Source: Prevotella sp. UBA3837
GTDB lineage: Bacteria > Bacteroidota > Bacteroidia > Bacteroidales > Bacteroidaceae
DNA: 49,036 nt
NCBI GenBank assembly: GCA_002392835.1
Contig: DGHX01000016.1
Coordinates: 96,923-145,958, forward strand
Reading direction: 5' to 3'
The notes beneath the pieces are model-generated. The model was not told where the DNA came from. It was given only the letters and a program-made list of their open reading frames with translations, and made no database searches. The position numbers were made by a program, and so were the translations under genes. Below are positions 9,092-19,048 of the stretch, piece by piece; position 1 is the first letter of the stretch; each line of letters starts with the position of its first letter.

Positions 9092-10377
9092 AAGCCATCG
9101 AATTCGACCACGTAGGAAAGCTGTACCGCCTCGGCACAGTGGGCACGGGCACGCTCAGCCACGACCTGAACCGCTGGTGGAAGATGAGCGTGCTGCACCA
9201 GGAGGACCCCTTCCTGAAGGTCGGCGAGACCAACGACCGCTCCACACGTGGCCACTCCCACTACGTCTGGGCACTGCGCGACATCACCTTCAGCGTGGAG
9301 CAGGGCGACGTCGTAGGCATCATCGGCAAGAACGGCGCCGGCAAGTCAACGCTGCTGAAGCTGCTCTCACAGATCACCACGCCCACCACCGGCGCCATCC
9401 GCGCCCGTGGCCGCATCGGCTCGCTGCTCGAGGTAGGTACCGGCTTCCATCCCGAGATGACAGGCCGCGAGAACATCTTCATGAACGGCTCCATCATGGG
9501 CATGACGCGCCACGAAATCAGCAGCAAGCTCGATGCCATCGTCGACTTCGCCGGCGTGGCCCGCTACATCGACACCCCCGTGAAGCGCTACTCCTCGGGC
9601 ATGACCGTCCGCCTCGGCTTCGCCGTTGCTGCTTTCATGGAGCCCGAGATCCTCGTCGTCGACGAAGTCCTCGCCGTCGGCGATGCCGAGTTCCAGAAGA
9701 AGGCCATCGGCAAGATGCAGGACGTCAGCCGCAGCGAGGGCCGCACCGTGCTCTTCGTCAGCCATAACATGGCAGCGGTGAAGAACCTGTGCAGCCGTGG
9801 CATCGTGCTCCAGAACGGGTCTGTAGCTTTCAATGGCCATGTTGACAACGCACTGGACTACTACATGACAACCTGCTACGAGGGCATCAGCCAGATGCCC
9901 ATCGCCGAAATGCCCCGCAGCGGCAAGCCCTCGGGGCGGCTCCAGTTCAACAGCATAGAGTTCTTAGACCGTGAGGGCCGCGCCGCCATCCCCACCTGCG
10001 GCCGTTTCCTCCGCATCCGCGTGGGGTTCATGGTCCACGACGAGCTGCTGAATGACGTCAAGACTACGGTCGAAATTCACGACTTTTACGAGCACCCGCT
10101 CATCTACTTCGACTCGCAGTTCACCACCGACAACCGCTCTTTCTCCCGAGGACAGCACCACATCACCATCGACATCGAGCGTCTGCCTCTGACCGAAGGC
10201 AACTACAAGATCCTGCTGTGGGCGGAAGCCATGCGAAGGGTCGCCGACTACCTCGACTGCACCATCGCCATGACCGTGGCCGACGGCCGTTTCTTCCCCA
10301 ACAAACAGTTCTTCCCTTCCCACCTCAGGGGTAAGTTGGTGTTAGAGGAATACACATGGAGCTACGACAAAGAATAA
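9088..10377 (+). CDS. wzt: ABC polysaccharide transporter ATPase with C-terminal Wzt_C-like domain
   Basis: GKNGAGKST, YSSGM, ILVVDEVLAVGD, plus ~170 aa C-terminal extension. Confidence 0.95.
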   Translation: MKAIEFDHVGKLYRLGTVGTGTLSHDLNRWWKMSVLHQEDPFLKVGETNDRSTRGHSHYVWALRDITFSVEQGDVVGIIGKNGAGKSTLLKLLSQITTPTTGAIRARGRIGSLLEVGTGFHPEMTGRENIFMNGSIMGMTRHEISSKLDAIVDFAGVARYIDTPVKRYSSGMTVRLGFAVAAFMEPEILVVDEVLAVGDAEFQKKAIGKMQDVSRSEGRTVLFVSHNMAAVKNLCSRGIVLQNGSVAFNGHVDNALDYYMTTCYEGISQMPIAEMPRSGKPSGRLQFNSIEFLDREGRAAIPTCGRFLRIRVGFMVHDELLNDVKTTVEIHDFYEHPLIYFDSQFTTDNRSFSRGQHHITIDIERLPLTEGNYKILLWAEAMRRVADYLDCTIAMTVADGRFFPNKQFFPSHLRGKLVLEEYTWSYDKE

Positions 10378-10430
10378 AAGAGAATAAAGAAGAATAAAAG
10401 AGAATAAAAAAGAATAAAAGAGAATAAAAA
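10371..10430. repeat. Tandem 10-bp repeat AGAATAAARR x6
   Basis: agaataaaag/agaataaaga/agaataaaag/agaataaaaa/agaataaaag/agaataaaaa, starting within the last codons of wzt. Confidence 0.9.
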
Positions 10431-10443
10431 AAAACGCAGAAGG

Positions 10444-11575
10444 ATGAGTAAGGAAGAAAGAATCCAAAGCCTTTTCCAACCTACATTCGGCAATCGTCCA
10501 GAGCAATACATAGGGCGTGATGACGTGATAGCCCAGTTTATGGAAGGGTTGCGTGAGCCTGTTGGCTCGCGCAACAGGTGTACACTATTCCTTGGACAGC
10601 GTGGCATGGGCAAGACCGCCTTGCTGCTTGAGTTGAGCGACCGTGCTTCGAAGGCCAACTATATAGTGGCTCGTGTTACGGCCCATGAAGGTATGCCAAA
10701 AGCCATTATAGAACAGTTCCAGCTGAATGGTTCCCAGTATTTCAAAGTTGAGAAGCGGAAGCTGACAGGAGTTAGTGCTGGCGCACTTGGCTTCTCGTTT
10801 GGTCTGACATTCTCAGAGGCAGCGGAACATCAGTATGGTTTTCGCTCGAAGATGTCACTTCTCTGCGATAAGTTTGCCGAGAAGGGTAAAGGGGCGCTCA
10901 TATTGATTGACGAGGTTCGCACATCGGCAGCAATGCGCGAAGTGGCATCTGCTTATCAAGAACTTGTAGGTGACAGGAAAAACATAGCAATAGCGATGGC
11001 AGGTCTGCCACATGCCGTCTCGAGTGTGCTTAACGACAGCGTACTGACATTCCTCAACCGCGCAAAGAAAGCAGAGCTTGGGCCTATCTCTACTAATCTT
11101 ATAAGGGCTTATTTCGAAAAGGCCTTCAGATGGGCAGGTATTGCGATTTCTAACGACCTTCTTGATCAGTCAGCAAGTGCAACTCATGGCTTCCCTTATC
11201 TACTTCAGCTGTTAGGCTACTACATCATCCAGTACACTCCAAAAGGCGGCATTGTGACGAAAGCCATCTTGGACAAGGCGGGAAAAGCTGCTATGGGTGA
11301 TATGGATGACAATGTATTCAAGCCCATTCTGGCTCCACTCAGCGACAATGACAAGGTATTCCTGCGGGCAGGTATTCCTGCGGGCATTAGCCCGCTGTGG
11401 CGGGACGGCTACCACTGCCAGGTTGCAGGCCGCCCTTGGCAAGAAAGGGCCAGCCTTACAGCCATATCGAAAACGACTGATTGAGGCTGGCGTAATAGAA
11501 TCTCCACGGCGCGGGGAACTGGTTTTTGCTATGCCCTATCTGGCAGAGTACTTGTTGGCCTCGAAGGATTCTTAG
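10444..11575 (+). pseudogene. AAA_16-like ATP-binding protein with C-terminal winged helix, frameshifted by a 16-bp duplication
   Basis: FQPTFG, GQRGMGKT, LILIDEV. AGGTATTCCTGCGGGC is duplicated at 11354-11385. The natural-looking C-terminus (YRKRLIEAGVIESPRRGELVFAMPYLAEYL) continues in the frame of ORF 11297..11575. Confidence 0.82.
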
Positions 11576-11606
11576 TCGCAAGTGGCAACGGACATAATTA
11601 TTCCAC

Positions 11607-12578
11607 ATGGTTTCCATCATCATTCCCGTCTATAACGTCTCCGACTACGTGGAGGAGTGCCTGCAGTCGGTGGCTGCGCAGACCTACACCGACATCGAGT
11701 GCATCATCGTCGATGACTGCGGCACCGACGACAGCATGCAGAAGGTGGAACGCTTCGTGGCTGACTACAAAGGCCCCATTGCCTTCAAGATTCTCCATCA
11801 TGAGCATAACCGTGGTCTCTCTGCTGCGCGTAATTCTGGCATGGATGCCGCCACAGGGGAATATATCTATTTCATTGACAGCGACGACTATATCTATCCG
11901 TATTCAATTGATGTTTTGGTAAAGGCTATAGAACAAGAGGTGGATATAGACTGGTCATGCGGAGATTTTACAAGAGAAAATCCATCCTCAACTTATTTTG
12001 TGATAGATACCGGCATCTATTCAAATGCATTACAATTATTCTCAGACAGAACTATTTACGTCATGGCATGGAATCATCTTTATAGGAGCTCTTTTTTAAA
12101 GGATAACATCATGCGCTTTAAAGAAGGAATTCTCCACGAAGATATATTGTGGAGTTTTTCCTCAAGTTGTCTTGTCAAGAATATTGCCATCTCGAAATCA
12201 ATTACATACTATTACAGAAAAAGAAGGGATAGCATTTGCAGTAAGCCTTTATCTGAGCGTTATACTGATATCTGTAACGTATGCAAGGGAATAATATCAT
12301 TTATTTTTAATCATAAATTAGATAACAGAAAAGACGTATTTTGCTATGCTAATAAAGAATTAAAACGTTATTATTTGCAACCTTTCTTTCTGAATCAACC
12401 TAACTTGTCTTTGTTTTATTACAATTCACTAAGGCAAATACATTATTGGAACTTTTGGGAAATATGGTCACTATCGCATGATTGGAGAAGATTGCTTCTT
12501 CATTTTCATCGTTACATGCCAACAAGGATAGGTTTTAAATACTTCCAATATGTTTTTGCCAAATGTTTTGACAAATAA
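11607..12578 (+). CDS. Glycosyltransferase family 2
   Basis: VSIIIPVYN, IVDDCGTD, GLSAARN, FIDSDD, HED. Confidence 0.93.
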   Translation: MVSIIIPVYNVSDYVEECLQSVAAQTYTDIECIIVDDCGTDDSMQKVERFVADYKGPIAFKILHHEHNRGLSAARNSGMDAATGEYIYFIDSDDYIYPYSIDVLVKAIEQEVDIDWSCGDFTRENPSSTYFVIDTGIYSNALQLFSDRTIYVMAWNHLYRSSFLKDNIMRFKEGILHEDILWSFSSSCLVKNIAISKSITYYYRKRRDSICSKPLSERYTDICNVCKGIISFIFNHKLDNRKDVFCYANKELKRYYLQPFFLNQPNLSLFYYNSLRQIHYWNFWEIWSLSHDWRRLLLHFHRYMPTRIGFKYFQYVFAKCFDK

Positions 12579-12586
12579 CACGATTT

Positions 12587-13525
12587 ATGCTTGAATCTCT
12601 TTTAAATCTTGTACGCGGTGTGGCTGGCACACGTGGATTGATGGCAGAACAAGTTCATTTTGAAAAACTGCTTAGACAACAATACCGCGAATTACTAGCT
12701 TTAAGGTATGAAAAGCGCTACTGTTTCTTAACGAACGAGCTGAAACATGCTACAGAATCAGGCATAACGACAGAACGTTATGTCCCTCATGACATCATCG
12801 TATCCCTGACAACCTACGGCCGCCGCATCTATGATGTGGCGCTGACCATCGAGTCCATTATGCAACAGAGCATGAAAGCCAACCGCATCGTTCTATGGCT
12901 TGATGAAAGTTTCAAGGACAAAACACTGCCCAGCGCACTTACGAAACAAATAGGCAGAGGTCTAGAAATAGCATATTGCAAGGACATCCGTTCTTACACG
13001 AAACTCATCCCTTCCTTGAAATCATTCCCTGACGATGCCATCATTACGGTGGACGATGATGTTCTTTACGACCCATATCTGCTGTGCAATCTAATAACTG
13101 CATATCAGAAGAACAGGAACAGCATTCATTGTTGCCGTGCACACCGGATGCTCTTTGATGCTGACGGGACACTGAAGCCGTATAACCAATGGGAGGCTTG
13201 TGTCAAGGAGACAGGCATCAACAAGAATTTATTCTTTACGGGTGTAGGAGGCGTCCTCTATCCTCCCCATAGCCTTGACGAAGCAATACTCGATGAAGAC
13301 GTGTTCCTCAGCATCTGCCCCGATGCTGATGATGTGTGGTTCAATGCCATGGCCATCAAAAAAGGCACGCCCGTGAACAAGGTTTTCACGGCCTTAGGGA
13401 AAGACCCATATTTGATCAACGAAACCGTTCAGGACACTGCCCTTTTCACCAAGAACGTGGGCGAAGGCGGCAATGACCGCCAAATCCAAGCTGTATTCTC
13501 AAAGTATCATCTGTTTGCAAACTAA
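12587..13525 (+). CDS. Glycosyltransferase (GT-A fold, SLTT..RI type)
   Basis: IIVSLTTYGRRI, SYTKLIP, ITVDDD, TGVGGVLYPP, ADDVW. Confidence 0.8.
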   Translation: MLESLLNLVRGVAGTRGLMAEQVHFEKLLRQQYRELLALRYEKRYCFLTNELKHATESGITTERYVPHDIIVSLTTYGRRIYDVALTIESIMQQSMKANRIVLWLDESFKDKTLPSALTKQIGRGLEIAYCKDIRSYTKLIPSLKSFPDDAIITVDDDVLYDPYLLCNLITAYQKNRNSIHCCRAHRMLFDADGTLKPYNQWEACVKETGINKNLFFTGVGGVLYPPHSLDEAILDEDVFLSICPDADDVWFNAMAIKKGTPVNKVFTALGKDPYLINETVQDTALFTKNVGEGGNDRQIQAVFSKYHLFAN

Positions 13526-13529
13526 GGAT

Positions 13530-14459
13530 ATGAACAAAAAGACATACGTAAGTTTCGACTGGGCCATGAAGCGGTTACTGCGCGACAAGGCCAACTTCGA
13601 TGTGCTGGAGGGATTTCTCTCCACACTGCTGAATACAAAAATCACCATCCACCGCCTGTTAGAGAGTGAGGGAAATAAAGATCGCGATGACTCCAAATAC
13701 AACCGCGTTGACCTGTTGGCCGAAGATGCCGACAGGGAGCTACTGCTGATAGAAGTACAGGGCGAGCCAGAGTTTGCCTTCTTCCAACGCATGCTCTTCG
13801 GAGCCTCCAAGTTAGTGACAGAATACGTCAACAGTGGCAGCAACTACGAGAACGTAAAAAAGGTATATGCCATCAACATCGTCTATTTCGACCTTGGACA
13901 AGGAACCGACTACATCTATCACGGCAAGACACAGTTTGTCGGTATGAACAAGAAGGACGTACTCCGTCTCTCGCCGTTCCAGCAGCAGAAGTTCAAGGTC
14001 GATGAAGTGTACCAACTCTATCCCGAATACTACATCCTGAAGGTCAACGACTTCAACCGCTGGTCGCGTGTTCCCCTCGACCAGTGGCTCTACTTCCTCT
14101 GCACCAGCGACATCCCTGACGATGCCGATGCGCCCGGACTGAAGGAGGCAAGGCAGAAACTACAGGTCATGCAGATGGACCGTGACGACCAGATAGCCTA
14201 CGACCGCTACCTGATGGATCGTGCCGTTCTCCGCAACCAATATATAACAGCCAAGGGCGAAGGCCACCTTGCGGGTTTTGCCGAGGGGCATGCCGAGGGT
14301 CATGCCCAGGGGCGTGCCGAGGGGCGTGCCGAGGGCATAGAGCAAGGCATACTAAAGGAAAAGACGGAGAATGCCCGAAAGATGAAAGCCAAAGGTTTTC
14401 CTGTTGATGTCATTGCCGACATTACCGGCCTGCATACAGAGGATATTGAATCTTTATAA
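13530..14459 (+). CDS. Rpn-family / PD-(D/E)XK nuclease-like putative transposase
   Basis: FDWAMKRLL..RVDLLAED..LIEVQ..; C-terminal EGHA/EGRA repeats and ARKMKAKG..IADITGL. Confidence 0.9.
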   Translation: MNKKTYVSFDWAMKRLLRDKANFDVLEGFLSTLLNTKITIHRLLESEGNKDRDDSKYNRVDLLAEDADRELLLIEVQGEPEFAFFQRMLFGASKLVTEYVNSGSNYENVKKVYAINIVYFDLGQGTDYIYHGKTQFVGMNKKDVLRLSPFQQQKFKVDEVYQLYPEYYILKVNDFNRWSRVPLDQWLYFLCTSDIPDDADAPGLKEARQKLQVMQMDRDDQIAYDRYLMDRAVLRNQYITAKGEGHLAGFAEGHAEGHAQGRAEGRAEGIEQGILKEKTENARKMKAKGFPVDVIADITGLHTEDIESL

Positions 14460-14484
14460 CAGACACCAAAGTACAAAAGTACAA

Positions 14485-15483
14485 ATGAGCGGAACTCTTT
14501 CCGAACTTATCAGTGTTATCGTACCCGTCTACAACATTGAGGATTACCTACCCAAGTGCTTGGAGACCATCTGCCACCAGACCTACAGAAATCTGGAAAT
14601 CATCCTGGTTGACGACGGCTCAACCGACAGTTCTGGCAGGATATGTGATGAATATGCGAAGAAAGACCCAAGAATAACCGTTATCCATCAAGAAAACAAA
14701 AAAAGAGGATTAGTAAGAAATACTGGATTAAAATATGCGCATGGCGAATATATTATGTTTGTCGATGGTGATGACTATTTGCATTTAGATGCAGCCAGAT
14801 GCATGATAGAAGCCATTAACAAAGATGACGAATATGATTTAGCAATCGTCAACTGGAAAGCCACAAAGACCTCAAGTGAAGATATATCATCTCCAATTAC
14901 GGCAACACATAGGAAGTTGAACTTAGAAGATTTATATAAGGAAATACAATCTTACAGTACAATCTGGGGGAAACTGTATCGAAAGTCACTGATTCAAGAT
15001 ATACAATTCCGCAATTTCTCTATGGCACAAGATTATGACTACAACATCAGGGTATTCCAGAACGTTAATAAAGCTATTCTCATTAATTCTATTTTGTACT
15101 ACTATGTTCAAAGGAGCAACTCCGCCATCCACCGTGAGAAATCTCCAATTGAAGGGCGGAAATGCCAAGTGGATATCCTATTAGACAATTTGAACAATCT
15201 ACCACAAAGCAAAGAACACATCAGTCATTACCTTCTCAGGGAATTATACATCTACATGATTATGCTTTTAAATCTTTCGTGGGAAACAGAAGAAAGAAAA
15301 GCTTTTGTCAATTACTGCCAACGAAACGAAAAGGCCGTGCGAAAGGCCTATTGGAACGAGAAAAGCATCGGGGTTGTCGAGAAGACCGCAATGACGCTAA
15401 ACATACGCTATCCCTATTTAATCAGGTCTATAAAAAACATGTCTAAAGGCAGGCTCTCCTGGCATAATTTGAAAAGTTTTTGA
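14485..15483 (+). CDS. Glycosyltransferase family 2
   Basis: ELISVIVPVYN, LVDDGSTD, FVDGDD, WGKLYR. Start at ATG 14485. Confidence 0.92.
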   Translation: MSGTLSELISVIVPVYNIEDYLPKCLETICHQTYRNLEIILVDDGSTDSSGRICDEYAKKDPRITVIHQENKKRGLVRNTGLKYAHGEYIMFVDGDDYLHLDAARCMIEAINKDDEYDLAIVNWKATKTSSEDISSPITATHRKLNLEDLYKEIQSYSTIWGKLYRKSLIQDIQFRNFSMAQDYDYNIRVFQNVNKAILINSILYYYVQRSNSAIHREKSPIEGRKCQVDILLDNLNNLPQSKEHISHYLLRELYIYMIMLLNLSWETEERKAFVNYCQRNEKAVRKAYWNEKSIGVVEKTAMTLNIRYPYLIRSIKNMSKGRLSWHNLKSF

Positions 15484-15489
15484 ATAGAC

Positions 15490-16296
15490 ATGGCCAATAT
15501 TTTCGTTTCATACGCTGACGGCCGATTCAAGGAGTCACTCAATCGCATAGCCCGCCAGGCTAAAAGGATTACCATCTTTGACAAAATTATCAAATATACA
15601 CCAAAAGACCTGCCTGACTATATCAAGGCTTTGCCACTAATGGCATATAGCAAAGGAGGAGGTTATTGGTGTTGGAAACCATACATCATATATCATACCT
15701 TACAAAACTGTGAAGACGGAGATGTCGTTTTCTATGCTGATGCCGGTTGCACACTCAACAAAAACAGTGAAGAATGGCAACAGTTCCTGCAACAGGCCAA
15801 ACATTACAATGGAATTTTTTTTCAATACCGAGATGGAATAGATTATGGAGACGGATTCTGTGGGCATTCTCCACAATTAAGACATTGGATAAAGCCAAGT
15901 ACTGCCTCTTTTTTTGAGCAGTTTGTCGACCCAGGATTTCTGAATTTCAATAAGATCTGGGGCGGGTTCATGATATTCCGCAAGACAAAGCCCCTCTCCA
16001 TGATCCTGACCCAATGGTTGAATATAACACTATTTCATCCTGAATTGGTTATTGACCCAATGGGGGATGAATTAGGCTCCTTGCCACCATCTTTTGTGGC
16101 CCACAGACACGACCAGTCAGTCCTGACGGCACTTGTCTATCATTACCAGCAGCAAGACAATGTCTTAGTACTTCCCGAAACAGCCGAGTCACGTATTGGT
16201 AATCCCGCAGTACTTGCAACTCGTTGGCGGCAGGCAAGACTCCCTTTGTTCCAACATTTAAAGTATCGCCTTTGGTGCTTACTCCACGGTGAATAG
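15490..16296 (+). CDS. Hypothetical protein, putative glycosyltransferase-like
   Basis: GGGYWCWKPYII, YADAG (DxD-like) and HRHDQS motifs; lies within the GT cluster. Confidence 0.65.
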   Translation: MANIFVSYADGRFKESLNRIARQAKRITIFDKIIKYTPKDLPDYIKALPLMAYSKGGGYWCWKPYIIYHTLQNCEDGDVVFYADAGCTLNKNSEEWQQFLQQAKHYNGIFFQYRDGIDYGDGFCGHSPQLRHWIKPSTASFFEQFVDPGFLNFNKIWGGFMIFRKTKPLSMILTQWLNITLFHPELVIDPMGDELGSLPPSFVAHRHDQSVLTALVYHYQQQDNVLVLPETAESRIGNPAVLATRWRQARLPLFQHLKYRLWCLLHGE

Positions 16297-16305
16297 CGTT
16301 TAAGC

Positions 16306-17094
16306 ATGAAAGTTTCAATCATCACCATCAACCTCAATAACCTCCGTGGCCTGCGGCGTACCATGGAGAGCGTTTTATCGCAAACCAGCAAAGGCTACGA
16401 GTGGATAGTGATAGATGGCGGCTCCATAGATGGAAGTGCTGAATTAATTAAGAAATATGTGGAGCATATCACCTATTGGGTAAGCGAGCCAGATGACGGC
16501 ATTTTTAATGCAATGAATAAGGGTATAAAAAAAGCCAGTGGAGATTATCTATTGTTCCTCAATTCGGGAGATTGCTTAGCAGATAGTGATATAATTGAGT
16601 ATCTTGACAACTGCACTTTAAATGACGATTTCATAGTAGGGAAAGCATGCTCAACAAAAGATACTCTTGCCCTTTTAAAACAAAAAGACAACTATACTAC
16701 TGAGGAAACTATTGAACGGCTGTCCGTGTCTGCCTTTCCTCACCAAGCAACATTTATTCACAGAAATGTTTTTCAAAAATATGGTTTATACCGTGAGGAT
16801 AAACAATTAGCATCAGACTGGTATCTCACAATATGTGCGCTTATAAAAGGAAATGCGACAGTCTGTTTTATACCAAGAATAATTGCTGTTGTTGAACCCA
16901 ATGGCATTAGCCAGCGTTATCATTCGCAATTATATCAGGAAAGGGAACAGCTACTTAAGGAAACTCCTTTTTTATACTCGCTGATGAGTTTCTATATATC
17001 CAACAAAGAAATTGTAAAGGCCATAAGAAACAACCACTTGTTCTTTTATTTGTTCCGTATTTATTATTATTTTTATCGTAAGTTTTCCTTATGA
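16306..17094 (+). CDS. Glycosyltransferase family 2 (WfgS/WcaE-like)
   Basis: VSIITINLNN, IDGGSIDGS, SEPDDGIFNAMNKG, FLNSGD, HQATF. Confidence 0.92.
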   Translation: MKVSIITINLNNLRGLRRTMESVLSQTSKGYEWIVIDGGSIDGSAELIKKYVEHITYWVSEPDDGIFNAMNKGIKKASGDYLLFLNSGDCLADSDIIEYLDNCTLNDDFIVGKACSTKDTLALLKQKDNYTTEETIERLSVSAFPHQATFIHRNVFQKYGLYREDKQLASDWYLTICALIKGNATVCFIPRIIAVVEPNGISQRYHSQLYQEREQLLKETPFLYSLMSFYISNKEIVKAIRNNHLFFYLFRIYYYFYRKFSL

Positions 17095-18062
17095 AAACGA
17101 AAGTAGTTTACATATTTGTCAGTCAGGAAACAGACTACTATTACGAAATGATGCTGTTGTCAATCCGCTCTATTCGCCTTCATCACAAGGTAGGTGCTCC
17201 TGATTTGGTCGTATTGACGGATAACGACACCTACCAAAGGTTTCATAAAAAGTGGCATAAAGATAATGTTCCCCCACCAATTGTGGTAGACATACCACAA
17301 GAATACACCACCGTACAACGCTCTCGCTATTTGAAAACAAATCTTAGGAAATTGGTAACTGGCGATTTTCTCTACACGGATATTGACACATTGATTTGCG
17401 AGCCACTAAATGAAATAGATTATATTCAAAGTGATGTTGCCATGGTTGCTAATGGAAATAATGGGTTGCCTTTAAGGAGCCAATCAGACATCCAACTATG
17501 CAAGCAGGCTGGCTTCTTACATCAAGAACAACAACCCTATTTTAATAGTGGAGTTATTTATTCTAAAGACACACCTGTTGCCGCTCAGCTATTTGATTTG
17601 TGGCATTGTTTATGGTTGCAATCTCTCCAAAATGGAGTTCACCAAGATCAACCAGCGTTATGCCAATCCAATATCCGTTTAAATTACCCTATCCAAGAGC
17701 TCTCAACGATTTGGAATTGCCACAAAGGTGGATATCATATTCTTTCAAAAGTAAAGGTTGTCCACTATTTCACTTTTAATAGTCTACATCGTACAATACT
17801 TTTTGAGCAAATAAGGAAAGAGGGAGTAAACTGCTCTTTAGCAGATGATATTGTTCATAATCCCAAGACTGTCGGCTACTCGTTCTTTACAATGAGAGAT
17901 GAAGCTTTTGCCAAGTATATTACTTCTGAGTTACTATTTATCTATGAAACGCTTCCCCCTCTATTTCGCTTCCTGACTTCCCTTTCATGTCTATTAAAAA
18001 GACCAGCATTTTTCATAGTTAAGATAAAAAATCGTTTAAAAAATAAGTATGTTAAAGCCTGA
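17091..18062 (+). CDS. GT8-like glycosyltransferase
   Basis: FLYTDIDT, YFNSGVI, DQPAL, WN, VVHY motifs. Confidence 0.7.
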   Translation: MKTKVVYIFVSQETDYYYEMMLLSIRSIRLHHKVGAPDLVVLTDNDTYQRFHKKWHKDNVPPPIVVDIPQEYTTVQRSRYLKTNLRKLVTGDFLYTDIDTLICEPLNEIDYIQSDVAMVANGNNGLPLRSQSDIQLCKQAGFLHQEQQPYFNSGVIYSKDTPVAAQLFDLWHCLWLQSLQNGVHQDQPALCQSNIRLNYPIQELSTIWNCHKGGYHILSKVKVVHYFTFNSLHRTILFEQIRKEGVNCSLADDIVHNPKTVGYSFFTMRDEAFAKYITSELLFIYETLPPLFRFLTSLSCLLKRPAFFIVKIKNRLKNKYVKA

Positions 18063-19041
18063 AGTTTCTATTATTATTCCTGTCTATAATGCAGAGAACA
18101 CCCTTGATGCTTGTATCAGGAGCGTACTGCAAGTAGATTATTCCAATTATGAACTAATTTTGGTAGATGACGGTTCAAAAGATCATTCATGGGAAATCTG
18201 TTGCAAATGGTCGAATCAAGAGCCGCGCATCAAAATATTTCGACAAGAAAATGGAGGACCGTCATCTGCCAGGAACCGAGGGATAAGTGAGAGCTCAGGA
18301 AAATGGATTATGTTTGTGGATTCGGATGACACAGTACGCCCTTCTTATGTGTCGGACTTGTTAAATGTCGTAGAAACAGATTCATCTTTTGTTATGACCA
18401 TCAGTGGCGAGCAGGTTTATCGTAACGGACAGAAAGCAGAAGAAATTCGTTTTCCAGACCTGCAATGTTGTGTAAAAGATTACAAGACATTATGGAAAGA
18501 TATAAGACTATATAAGTTTGGACATCCATTCGGAAAATTATATAGGAAAGATATTATAGAGAAGGCTCATTTACAATTTGATATGACTGTATGCTTAGGA
18601 GAAGACTGTATTTTTATGATGCAATACATTATGGCTTGCTCAACCATCATAAATGCGAAAATTGCTTTTGTCAGTCAAATGAACTATGACTATTATATAC
18701 ATGCAGGCTCTGTTTCTACAAGGCGTTCGACAGTAAATCAAGAAAAAGCGAATTACAGCGTCTATAGAAAAACAGTTTTTCAGTTAAAAGATGTATTTGA
18801 TATTGATAACGAAACATTCAATTGTCTTTTTAAATCTATAGCCTATTATGCAGATCGGGTTATGAATACAATTGCAGATTTACCTACACGTAAGGAAAGA
18901 ATTGACCAATTAGATATTGTAGATAGATTTGAATATAAGCAATACAAAGAAGCTCCAACAGTGGCAATGGTATTATTGAAGTACTTGTTTGTTTCACATC
19001 ACTGGTTTTTATATGATATCCTTCGTTCAAAAATCAAATAA
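18049..19041 (+). CDS. Glycosyltransferase family 2
   Basis: VSIIIPVYN, LVDDGSKD, GPSSARN, FVDSDD, GED. Confidence 0.93.
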   Translation: MLKPEVSIIIPVYNAENTLDACIRSVLQVDYSNYELILVDDGSKDHSWEICCKWSNQEPRIKIFRQENGGPSSARNRGISESSGKWIMFVDSDDTVRPSYVSDLLNVVETDSSFVMTISGEQVYRNGQKAEEIRFPDLQCCVKDYKTLWKDIRLYKFGHPFGKLYRKDIIEKAHLQFDMTVCLGEDCIFMMQYIMACSTIINAKIAFVSQMNYDYYIHAGSVSTRRSTVNQEKANYSVYRKTVFQLKDVFDIDNETFNCLFKSIAYYADRVMNTIADLPTRKERIDQLDIVDRFEYKQYKEAPTVAMVLLKYLFVSHHWFLYDILRSKIK

Positions 19042-19048
19042 AGAAGGT

